A DNA stretch of 64,000 nucleotides from Camelus dromedarius (taxonomy: Eukaryota), in assembly GCF_036321535.1 (NCBI RefSeq), contig NC_087436.1:8122001-8186000 (forward strand). Direction: 5' to 3'. How positions within the stretch are numbered: position 1 is the stretch's first letter; each line of letters starts with the position of its first letter. The translations under genes and the position numbers were made by a program. The notes below the pieces were generated by a model. That model searched no databases, was not told the DNA's origin, and saw only the letters and a program-made list of their open reading frames with translations. Below are positions 11,681-23,285 of this stretch, piece after piece.

Positions 11681-14139
11681 AATAAATGTCTGCTGGTTAA
11701 TGAAGTCGAGTCTCAGTGATTCACTGCCATTCCTTTCAGATGTCAATGTGAAAAAATACAGTCCCTGTTTCTTGCTATGCCTGAAAAGACTGATGATGGC
11801 TTCTCCCACAATTTGGAAATAACAATTTCCAACCAGGTGTCTATGGAGCACATTTTTCATTGAGTACTGCTTCCTTCTCTCGTGGCATGTATTGATACAT
11901 CACCAATAATGATCAAACACAGCCAGAAACTCATGAAAATGCTGAGAGTCTTTCATTCTGTGGCTACATTTGGGTTCTATTTTCTGGAACCCAGCCAGTG
12001 AGTCGTCATCCATCAGAAACTTGTCCAGATCTCAGGCTACCGATGAGTATGGTGATGCTGATATATTCAAAGTGTTTGAGAAAGAGTAATTCTTCATGTC
12101 TGAAGGGAGGGGGACAGTAAAAAAACAAGCTTCAAGGGTAAGTGAGTGTTCTCACAAGATCTAAAGGACACCCCCGTCCATGCAGAAGAGAGAGTGTAGT
12201 TTGAGAAAAAGTATAATCTATCCAGTCTATTTTTAAGGTACTGGGGAGATGCAGTGGGATGTTTGGCTAAAAACCCTTTGCAACATTAAATGCCATGCTA
12301 AAATTTTGGCTCAGTAATATTCTGTGATACTTGTTAAAAAACTCAGCTCTTTAAAGGACAGTAGTAAAACACAATGTATTTTATGTTTTTATTATTACAC
12401 ATTTTTTTTTCTTAATCACATATACACAAAATTTAGGGAACTTTACCTGCCAGCTCAGTCTATAAAATTAGTCTATTCACTCTACTTTTTCATTAAGATT
12501 ACTGTAGATTGGGATATTATTGTATTCTTTTTAAATTTAACATTAAAAGGTTTTTATAAGTATTAAATTTTAAACAAAATATGAAACCCTATAAATGTTC
12601 TTAACATATTAGTGAAAATATCGTTTAAAAGCATATGCAGATGTACTGCAGTGTTGAATGCTTCTCCTACACTAACAAGAAAACTGTATAACAATTTTTA
12701 TTTATGTTACCTAATTGTCTTTCTGACATGCCACTTAAAAATAAAAGCTTATCTCACAGAATTTATTTTGATGCCATAATTCAACTATTTATCTTTTGGT
12801 TGCAAATGTAAGCTTTAAATTACAATCTAATCTTTTTTCTCAGTTTTTCATCTTGCCTTTATTATACTATTTTGTTACAAAAGGAAACATTTGGACCATA
12901 GGTAAGGAATAATTTCAACTTAAGAAACACATCTTTTCCAGTTTTATGGAGATGTAATTGACATAAAGCATGGTATAAATTTAAGATAAACATGTATACA
13001 TTAACTTACATCTCACCAATAAATAGATGAATTAAGTCAGCTTCCACAGAAGGAAAAATATAATTCACTCTAATGTATAAGTTTAGGTGATGGAAATCTT
13101 TCATTTCTCAATAAAGACACTCTTAGAGGTAAACCGTACAGTAGAAACAGTAGAATATAAGTGACAACATGACTCATTCATTTGTAAAGATTTCTACTTT
13201 TATTTATCTTTTCTAATTCAATTCACTTTTTCTTCTTGAGAGACTGCTTTTAGCAGACAATGAAAAAACAGCAGGGAGTAACATTTTGATACTATCTTAC
13301 CTAGAAGGGTTTACATATTATAGAAGCTCTCTAACTATTATCAGTGTTAAAATGACTCTCATTAAGTATATGTCTTTGAAAATTATATTAATAATTTGTA
13401 GAGGGTCTAAAGCTTCATTTGGGACTGTACACAATGGGATGGGTACTTAGTTGGTGACCCAGGGGAGGCTTTTGTCTTGATGGAAATGGAGCAGTTTAGC
13501 CCAAGGAAGTGTATCAAAATTAGAATCCATTATATAACACTCCAGGAATTAAAAAAAAAAAAAAAGAAAAAAAGGAGAGAGGTACTGTTAAGCCTCAGCA
13601 GGAAATAAAATGTGTCTTCTTCAAATTAGAGAAAGGTGTCATTTGTAGTCATATGGCATTTTGCTAAGTATATAAGGTTAAATTTAAACTAACCAAGAGT
13701 GCTGGCTTGAGAGAAATAAAATCCACAATTTTCCAAATTGATAAAGGACACACTCAAGTTTATAAAGGACACAAACAGAACTTAGTATAAGCATCTCTTG
13801 TATTCTATCATTTATACTTACATAAATGAATTACTGAGAAAAAAAACTGTGAAAAACCAGAATCTCTATAAATTTATTCCTTCACTTTTCTAATTCTTGA
13901 ATCAAATCGACCTTGTTTAGTTCACAAAGTAAAGAGTTTACAACTGTAATGTATTAAAACCATACTGTAGGCTTATTCCTTTACTTTCTTTTTTTTCCCC
14001 CTTTTTCTTTTTTCTTTTCTTTTTTTTTTTTTTTAGCTATGTCACTGAAAACACAAAAATTGTGAAATATCTTTTTTAGGAGAAATTAATTTTAAATTTA
14101 CACTTACACGGGCCCAACATCTTATTTAGAGGAATAGGC

Positions 14140-14640
14140 AGCTTGATGGCCATACACTTGATTGCATACCTCACCATTAACACGTGTGTAATCTTTTATC
14201 GCAACTGACAATGGTGCCATTCTTCAAATTTCTGAGACCAAAACTACTGGAAGTTGTCTTTTCTCCTTTATTTTTCTCACTCTCTCCTCCCCACCCCCAA
14301 ACCCTGCCACCCACACCCACTAGGGTGTTCTCTTGCTTCTGCTTTAAAAATATATACAGAATTCAGTTACTCCTCCCACTTTATCCTCATCTCTCACTTA
14401 GATTAAAACGAGGTATTCTTAAATGGTCTCCCCGATTCTCCCCTTGCTCTGTTACAGTTTATTTTCCACACAGAGGCCACATTGATCAGTCATTTCACAT
14501 CTCTCTTCTGGTCAAAACCCTTCAGTCGCCTCCATCTCACGTTCAGTGAACATCACAGTTGCTCCAATGAACTACACGGTCTTCCATGATTTGCCAGCTC
14601 CCTCCTACAAGTACGTGCACTCTTCTGCTGTTCTTCTTCA
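14140..14640 (+). mobile_element. L2 fragment
   Basis: CATCTCTCACTTAGATT...TCTTAAATGGTCTCCC...TTTTCCACACAG...AAAACCCTTCAGT are typical L2 body motifs. Confidence 0.65.
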
Positions 14641-14669
14641 TGCATTATTTTAAAAAGTTCATTTTAAAT

Positions 14670-15340
14670 GTGTAAGTATCTGATAACATCATTTTAAAAA
14701 TATAAAACAAAAGTTAATAGAACTAAAAGGAAAAAAAAAAATTCCCCAATCATAGTTGGGCATTTAACACAGGTTTTGCAGAACCTGGTAAGAGAAACAG
14801 ACAAAAAAAAAAAAAAAAAAAAAAAAAAAAGAATCAGTAACAATATAAAAAATATGAACCAGACATTTAATCAATTTGACCTAATTGACATATATAGAAT
14901 ATTACACCCAACAGCTGCAAACGACATATTCTTTTCAAGAACACAGGGAATGTTTCATCAAAGAGACCAGATGTTGGGGCATAAAACAAGTCACAACACA
15001 TTTGAAAACAACACATATAAAGAATTATGTCCCCTTATTATAGTGGAATTAACATAGGAATAAGTACCAGAGACATAACTAGGAAATTCTCAAATATTTG
15101 CAAATGAAACAGCACACTTAAAAATCAAGGGGGTCAAAAATAAGTACAATAAAAATTCAACAGTAAAACAGTAATAAAAATAAGCCAAATTGTAAATCTT
15201 GGGGTGCGGCTACAGCAGTGTTTATAGCTCTAAATGTATATATTAGAAAGGAAGAGATATCAAAAATCAAAACTTAGATGGAGTTCAAGAAGCTAAAAAA
15301 AAAAAAAAGATAATCAAAAACAAAGAAAATAGATGAAAGA
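14670..15340 (+). mobile_element. Old L1M ORF2 endonuclease-domain fragment, decayed
   Basis: ORF 14776-15057 contains NQFDLIDIYRILHPTAANDIFFSRTQGMFHQRDQMLGHK, similar to L1 ORF2 EN (DLIDIYRTLHP...YTFFS...IDH.LG.K). Confidence 0.85.
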
Positions 15341-15344
15341 AAAA

Positions 15345-15700
15345 AGTATATGCAGCAGGGGATATATAAAATATTTATTCGAGCATTGGTGATAATAACA
15401 AACATAAAACCAAACCAAATGTTCACTAACAGTAGAAGAGACAAATATGTCCTGCGACACCCATACAGTGAGATGCTATACCACGGTAAAACAATGTGCC
15501 ACATCACATCATGAATTAATTGCAGCACACAACATGGAGAGAAATAACGTAACATTAGAAAACAAAGTTTCACATCCTTTTATGTTTAGGGATAGACATG
15601 TGGGTAGTAAAATCTATAAAGAATGGAAGGAGATTAATAGCTTTCAACTCAGCATGGGAAGAGCAGGGAACTGGAAAATAGTTACAAAGACGGGGGTTTC
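15345..15700 (+). mobile_element. Old L1 (L1ME-like) 3' region
   Basis: TTTATTCGAGCATTGGTGATAATAACAAA...CCAAATGTTCACTAACAGTAGA is a degenerate ORF2 end/3'UTR. Confidence 0.55.
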
Positions 15701-18401
15701 ACCAAATATTTTTTTCCTTTTCCTTCTAGTTGAGGTTAGACTATAACTCTCATCATCACAGGTGATACCATGATACCTTTTCATACTACTGTCCAATTTG
15801 TTAGCTTCTCACATCCCTTGTCCACCAGCCAAAAGGAAATAATTCATTGGAAGATGCCAAGGCTTCAGAGGATGGTAGGCTATGTAAGGGGAGCCTTGGG
15901 TTCTAAAAGACTCTGGGCCACAAATATTGGGGGTTGTGGAGTATAGCAGTTTGCTTGTGTTAACTTAGGAAGGAACTGAGGGCGGGGGAAATCAGCAGAG
16001 CCATTCACGCGACTTGTGGGTTATGACCATCTTCCATTTTGGGCCTGGATGCTGGATAGGTGGTTTAATATTTAAAACCTATTCTGTAAAATTGCTTAAT
16101 TTTTCTACATACTTATTAAAATATGTTCTATAATTTTCAAGAAAAATTAAAATCATTATATAGGATTTATCTGCCTATACATTTTCATGTATATTGGATC
16201 AATTTTTTCTTAATTTTATACAATGTATGGTTTCTTAACTCTTTAGTATAACTAAAAATGTAATTAACTAAAAATACACAATGCTGTTTTAGAAACGTTT
16301 TATATGAGACAGGCTCATTGAGTTAAATTACAAAGCCCCATTTGAATCAATGAACATTTTCTTTGTACAGCTAGCAGCTCTATCTCCAATTTGCTTGTTT
16401 GGCCTTGAAAATGTCAAATCAGAGCATGGAAATAGTACAATGAGATCACTGCAGGTAAAAAACGGTGTTATTATTTGTAACAAACAGACAAAACATTAAA
16501 GAAAAAGCCCATTAAAGTACTTAGTATAAAATAGGTTCATTCATTTTTAATAATCTACTTCTGCAGTCTCTGAAAATTACTATAAAAATATTAAAAGTTT
16601 CTGAAGTATTTCTGGAAATCCACAATTTTTGAGAATTAAAACTGTGATTTCTACTCTTTACCTTAGAGAAGGCAATTGTTCTTGTTGCTGTTTTTTTTTT
16701 TTATGGTTTTCTTCTATTTTCTTTTTATTAGAGAATGGAATGTGCCATTTTATCATCTGGCTTTCATTTGATATGATAACAACATTTATATATATTCTGC
16801 TTTTGTTCTTTCTTTATTACCCAGAGAAAACACAGGATGTTTATCACCAACAATATCATGAGTGTAATTACAAATGTTTGTGATGAAATTATACCCCAGT
16901 AGCAGTTTTGCACCATCTCCAGATAGATTTTATCTTCCACCTAAGATTTCTAAGGTGTTTTATGACCATCAAAGTGAAAATATTACGTGAAAACTTTCTC
17001 CTTGTTCTCTGAAAGGCTCCCAGTGATAGGACTCGAGGTCTGGAGTCCACAGTGTTGTATCAGAACAGGAAGTGAATGTAGGCAATTGGTTAATGATTAA
17101 AAAAAGGGTCTCCTCCATGAGACTACATACTTCAGTGACAGTCAAAGAACTAATGCAACAGAAATTGACCTCAGAACCTGCTCAATGAGACACCTGTGTT
17201 CCAATGATACTTCCTAATTATTAACACAGTTCCCTCCTTTACTTTTGAGGATCAGCTTTGAGGAGGGTTTGGAATCAGCATTGATTGAAAGATATTACAG
17301 GAAACCTGACCTTGGCTTCTCTCGTATAACAGTAGACCTTCAGGAAAATCATGGCATTGTTCTCGATGGAAGAGCATCTTGCGAGCTCAGGCGCACAGAG
17401 TTCTCAGAAGGGCTTGGAAGTGTAGACAAGCATAAACCCCCACAAAATTGGCAAACTCCATTTATTGAATCTTTGCTCTCTTAATGAATATCTGGGATCT
17501 TTGGGGACAGGGGAAACCGCACGTCTGTTTGGGAGCCAACTCGATTAATTGCTGATTTGCATAACCATTCTTACATTTTTTCATAACTTTGCTAATGTAT
17601 TTTTGTCTTCTTAAAGTATAATGGACATCTTTCTGAGCCTCCTATACCAACCCTTCTGTGATAAACACATATGTGTTTTTAAGGGGGTAGATTTCCTTCA
17701 AAAGTACACCATCTTTTCACAGTTTCGTTCTCACCTTTTGCTGTGGATACCAACTCAATGGCATATAATTTCTCTGTAGACACCATTTGTTCTACTGATT
17801 GTTGTGTCTTGCTCTAATGTAATCAGATATATTTCTCTAAGCTCTATTGTTTTCAATTATTGACTAATTTAATCTGCCCGATTTCTAGACCTGCAATATT
17901 TGTATCCTTTACTTTTTACAGCTTAAATTTTATAAATGCCTTCTCTATACAGTCTTTACAAACTGCATATACATAGAGAGGGTAATAAGTCTTCATTCAT
18001 TTCCTTAGTTAATTGTAATTGGTTTCTGCATTTCCTCATGGATAATGAGATGTACTTTATTGATCTTTTCTGTCATACAACCAGGCAGTTTAGCTGACAT
18101 AGTATTTCTTTAGAAAGTAATTAAACAGAGTTGTATTCCAATATAAACATATTTTTGATTAAAGGGGAATTCCTTCACCCTGCCATCTTTGGGCTATTCT
18201 GTGTTTTCTTTGTATTCAGTGTCTTTCTATTCTTGTCACCACCACTACGGTACCACTAGAGATTTTCTCATATGCTGTCTCTCATTCATCCTGCATTGGT
18301 GGGAAAGCAAATCTGAAAGGAAGAATGTAATCTGAAAAAAAAAAATCTTCTATTCATTAGTGTTAAATCATCTTAGTAGCTTCAGATTCCAATAGTCCAC
18401 A

Positions 18402-18538
18402 TTTTTATTTATTTATTTAGTTATTTTTGCAAGGAGGAGATATTTATTTATTTGGTTTTTCAGTGAAGGTACCACGGATTGAACCCCGGACCTCATGCGT
18501 GCTAAACACATGCTTTACCACTTGAGCTACACCCTCCC
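18402..18538 (-). mobile_element. Camelid tRNA-derived SINE (Vic-1 type)
   Basis: Reverse complement reads GGGAGGGTGTAGCTCAAGTGGTAAAGCATGTG...GAGGTCCGGGGTTCAATCC (A/B boxes) plus an AT-rich tail. Confidence 0.88.
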
Positions 18539-19379
18539 TCCTCCTTACCTATCCTTTAAAGAGAACATATGCATCTTTATTGATGATGTTGTTTACTCCA
18601 TTCCTCCCCTAAGTGAAAAATCCTACAGAGGGTTATTTAGATACGTCTAAAAAGTCTAACAGAATCAAGTGTCAGCCCACTTCATCTCCAGTATTTCATC
18701 CCCTTTTAATTTCTTCAGTGGCTGTTATATTATTTTTAATGTCTTATATAAGATGGTGTTTCTGATAGTCAGCGTTCTCGCACTTCAAATTCTGCCCCCG
18801 AGAGCAGCTTCTCCGTTGTGTGAGGGTTCTATGAATTCCACTTTTTGTATCTTTTGTTTCTTTACTTATACTCTGGGGGAAAACATATGAATACACACAA
18901 GGACATGCACACTATGCGTGTATCACATCCATTGTGAAAACATTATCTTTCTTCTCTCATTCTGCTGCTCCTCCATTATAACTTTCCTGTTTTTAATTCC
19001 CTTTTCCATTGTTTCTGTTTTTAATTTGGTCTGTGCTCATTACTATATTGTACTACACAATGGGCTACTGTCTCTATAAAACCTTTAGCGCTGGAGTCTT
19101 CTTTATAACACCTTTTAACGTGTTTTGAATAAGTGAAAATATTTTTAAATGCTTTTATTCATATAATCATTTTTCATTACAGATATTTTTTTCCCTGTTT
19201 ACACTAAATCTTTCTCACCAGCCATTTTCCACTGCTGTATCTCTAGATATGGAGCAATTCGGTTAATCTGTTTTGTTTTTTGTAATTTCTGATTTGGTGA
19301 TTTTATGTTCTTTAATGTTTCTGTTTATATTATGAATATTATATATATTGAATATATATATATAAATTAAGAATATGTG

Positions 19380-20510
19380 CATATACACACACACACACAT
19401 ATACATTCAGGTTGCACAAAGGATAAATATTAAAAAATATCTACCCATACTTTCTCTCTTAGAGACCTAAATCCCCTCTTCAGAAAATTTCCTAGTTTTT
19501 TAAGCAACTTCTTAATACAATTGTCTTTCTTATGTCAGAGTACATCTAGATAAACTTTCCACACTGGTCCCTATGGAGTTACTCAAACTTCTAACCAACT
19601 TTATGTCATCCCAAAGTATGTCAACCCACAAATGTATTTAAACTTGTTAACTGGCTTCCAGAGGTTTTCAAATATCTTGCTATGATGAATACAGCTAATA
19701 CAATTTTACATACATCATTTTGCACATATGTAAAGTGGTAGGTCCAGTTTTTATAATCTTGACAGCTATTTCCAATTAACTTCAGTGGAGGTTTTTATCC
19801 ATTGGCACTCTCTTAAAGTAACAAACGGGGGCATGTCTTTCTCTAAACTTGTGACCACAAATAGGTTTTACATCTTTGTGATGGTTGCCTATCAGATTAA
19901 TTGAAAATAGTTTTAAATTTTATTTCTTTAATTATCACCGTAGTAGAAGATCTCTTATAGGATGCCTTGTTCTGTGAACAATTTTTAAAATCCTTAGCCA
20001 ACTTCTTGTGTCTGAGTACATCCTTTATAAATTTCTTATATGTAAATAAAGGTAAATTTATCTTTAGTTCACTCATATAAACTGTAATTTTTTCCTGATT
20101 TTATTGTTTTTCCTTGACTTTTTTTTTTATAGTGTTCTTCATATAGAAAATTTCCATTGTTATTAACCTTTTACTTATTGTCTCTAGGTATTATATTACA
20201 CTTAAAACTTCTTTTTTCTTCTGAGATGATGAAAACCTTTTTAAAGGGCATATTTAACATTACAGATAGAGATTATTTAGTTATAAAAGACATGAAATTA
20301 GAAAGTGTCAGAGGAGCTTTCTCTTTAAATTAGATGCTCAGGGACACACACACACGCACATAAAGATACACTCAAGGGGTACAAAAGTTAAATTCCCTTT
20401 CTCTTAGACATCCAGACCCCCCTTCAGAGTTTTCTGGAGTTTTCCTAGTTTTTAAGTAACTTTCAGAGATATTCTTTATACAATCTTTATATATTATATA
20501 TAAATATATG
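19380..20510 (-). mobile_element. Old L1ME-type antisense fragments
   Basis: T-rich decayed L1 3' sequence (TTTCAAATATCTTGCTATGATGAATACAGCT..., TTTTATAATCTTGACAGCTATTTCCAAT). Confidence 0.5.
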
Positions 20511-20689
20511 TAGATTAACTTAGAGACATTGATCCTTTTACTTTTACTTTTACATAATATTTGTGTTATAACTTCTCATTAGTTAGGTTTTTTTTTCCAT
20601 GTCACTGCTGAAGGGTTGATTTAGATTTTCAGTGAGTTTTTTCCAACAATGATAAAGTTTTATTACATTTTAGTTTCTGTGAGTTAGGA

Positions 20690-20835
20690 GTTTGGGATGT
20701 GTCAGCTTGGCTGTGCTAACCTGTGTCCTTCAGAATTCCCTTTCTAGTGCGTTTCCAGAGAGGGTGGGTTCTGAGAGATGTCGTCTTGTGAGAGCTAGAG
20801 GGTGAAGCACAGCCACCTTGTAGCACACATACACT
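20690..20835 (+). mobile_element. MLT2F-like ERVL LTR 5' fragment
   Basis: ATGTGTCAGCTTGGCTGTGCT...CAGAATTCCCTTTCT...AGGGTGGG...GTGAAGCACAGCCA matches the recalled MLT2F start. Confidence 0.6.
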
Positions 20836-20837
20836 TC

Positions 20838-21160
20838 CTCCCAGTGATTTAACTGAATGCGGGTAGGGGTGCTGCTGGGAAGGGAGTTTGCAGATGTCAT
20901 TAAAGTCATTAATCAGTTGTCTTTAAGTTAGGGAGATTATCTAGGGTGGGCCTGGTTATCCAGTGGAGGGGGGGTTATCCTTTGTGGGCACGAGATAAAC
21001 AGTTGGAAGGCCTCTTAAAAGAGGGTTTAGGAAAGAGAAGGGGTGGGGTGAGAGAGAGAGCGAGGGAGAGAGAGGTGGCACGTGAACATGAAAAAGACCC
21101 TTCTGCTTGCGGACAACAGCTTCTACTGCATTCATGGAGTTTCACCTTGCTTGCTTGATG
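20838..21160 (+). mobile_element. MLT2D-like ERVL LTR, 3' part missing
   Basis: TTTGCAGATGTCATTAAAGTCATTAATCAGTTGTCTTTAAGTTAGGGAGATTATC...GGGTGGGCCTG...CAGTTGGAAGGCC...GGACAACAGCTTC. Confidence 0.7.
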
Positions 21161-21806
21161 TTGTTTTTTTTTTTTTGTATTTTTTTTTTATTGAGTTATA
21201 GTCAGTTTACAATGTTGTGTCAATTTCTGGTGTACAGCACAATGCTTCAGTCATACATGGCTATACATATAGTCGTTTTCATATTTTTTTCACCATGAGC
21301 TACTACAAGATATCCAATATAGTTCCCTGTGCTATACAGCATGAACTTGTTTATCTATTTTATATATACCAGTCAGTATCTACAAATCTCAAACTCCCAA
21401 TTTATCCCTTCCTACGCCTTTCCCCCTTGGTAACCATAAGTTTATGATCTAGCAATCCCACTCCTGGGCATATACCCAGAGGGAACCTTATTCAAAAAGA
21501 TACATGCACCCCAATGTTCACAGCAGCATTATTTACAATAGCTAAGACATGGAAACAGCCTAATTGTCCATCGACAGATGACTGGATAAAGAAGCTGTGG
21601 CATATTTATATGATGGAATACTACTCAGCCATAAAAAAGAATAAAATAATGCCATTTGCAGCAACATAAATGGACCTGGAGATTGTAATTCTAAGTGAAG
21701 TAAGTCAGACAGAGAAAGAAAAGTACAATATGATATCGGTTATATGTAGAATCTAAAAAAAAGACAGACTAACTTATTTATAAAAGAGAAACAGACTCAT
21801 AGACAT
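21161..21806 (-). mobile_element. L1 insertion with a 5' inversion (twin priming)
   Basis: 21161-~21444 is poly(T) plus L1 3'UTR on the minus strand; ~21443-21806 is the adjoining upstream L1 segment (ORF2 end to AGACTCATAGACAT) on the plus strand. Confidence 0.92.
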
Positions 21807-22824
21807 TCAATGATTTCTTTTAAATAACTTCATCCTTCTCTTTTTAATTGCCATTACTAATCTCTTCTTATTTTGTCTGTTTTCTACATTGTTTCTCCAA
21901 ACCATATCAATGGTCTCATTGAGATTTACATTTCACTAGTAGCTGATTTTTTTTCCTTTAATATTTGTCCAATACATTTTTGGGAAATATTTCTTCTCCC
22001 TCATTCTTCTCTGTTTTTTCAATCATAGTGATCTCTGTTGAATTGTCTTCTAGGATTTTTCTGCTATTTTTTCATTATATCTCTTTCTATCTTTAGCCAG
22101 CTTCTTTGATTTATTTGAAAATGTTTCTACTAAAATTACAAATTACTGTTGACTTCAGTTTTTTCATAGAGTCTGATGGTACAGCCTTTGTGGGTTTTTG
22201 TTTGTTTGGTCTTTTAATTTCTACAGGCAACTTAACTTCTTGGTTATGCCATTTTTCACCTAAAGTCATGCATAAATCTTACTTTTACCATGGAAGACAC
22301 ACTTAATTTTACTACACTGGTGGTCATGATTGTACTAGATTGGTTCTCACATTTAAAATATATTTACTCGACTGAACATTGTACTCAGATTTTTTCTCTT
22401 CAGTCACAGCCAGAGCTAGAGCTGTGCTTACCATAGACTTCCATGCCCTCTTTGTCTCCAAACGAAATATACTGGGTTGTTAACATTCCATTCTCTTTAT
22501 TTCAAAGTTTTAGTTCATCCATTTCTCAACTCATATCATAAGCCTATCAAACACTTTCTGTGAAATGTTAAAATATTTTAATACCTTTTAAAAATAAATC
22601 ATAAAGAGAATCATATATAACTCATCAAATAGATTATATGTAAAGGGAGCCTATAAACAGAGAGAGAGAGAAAGAGAGAGAACACTTGTTGGCTTACTTG
22701 AGTTGTCAGACGACATCTCTGCACACCCATTGTTTTATACTGGTTCAGTTTTCTCATATTATGGTTTCAAATACAAACCTAATTTCTTTGTCAATTTTAA
22801 ACTAGACCCAAACTTACTCCTCTG

Positions 22825-23285
22825 TTCACTCAAAAGGTATTTGTCGAGCTACAGATCCTTCAATAGGTACTGGTGATAAATGAGGGAACAAAATGAAAGA
22901 AACCCTTGATCTCTTGTGACTTATAACCTAAGGTTGTATAAAACATACTGACACATGTTGAATGTCAGGGGTAAAACTATGTGAGTCAAGGATGTGGGGG
23001 CAGAGAGTTTCAGTAAGAGATGGAGCTTGAGTGGGAGGGAGGGAACACATGACAAGGTGAATTTGGAGTCCTTGGTCTGAAGGAAAAGTCAGATGAGCAG
23101 TGTCGATAGCCAAGGAACCACAACACACACAAGGGACTGTCCCATCATCCTTGGGTCAGTGGAGGTTGGACATTTTGGAGAAACTGCCAGATTAGTGAGG
23201 TTGGAGTGGAACTAAAAGAGAATCATATTAGAAAATGAGTTTAGAAGATTTTGACTCATTTAAATGTATGGGGCTTTGTACGTAA
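22825..23285 (-). mobile_element. L2 fragment
   Basis: TTCACTCAAAAGGTATTTGTCGAGCTAC...GGTACTGGTGATAAATGAGGGAACAAAA...CCTTGATCTCTTGTGACTTATA is an antisense L2 end. Confidence 0.6.
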
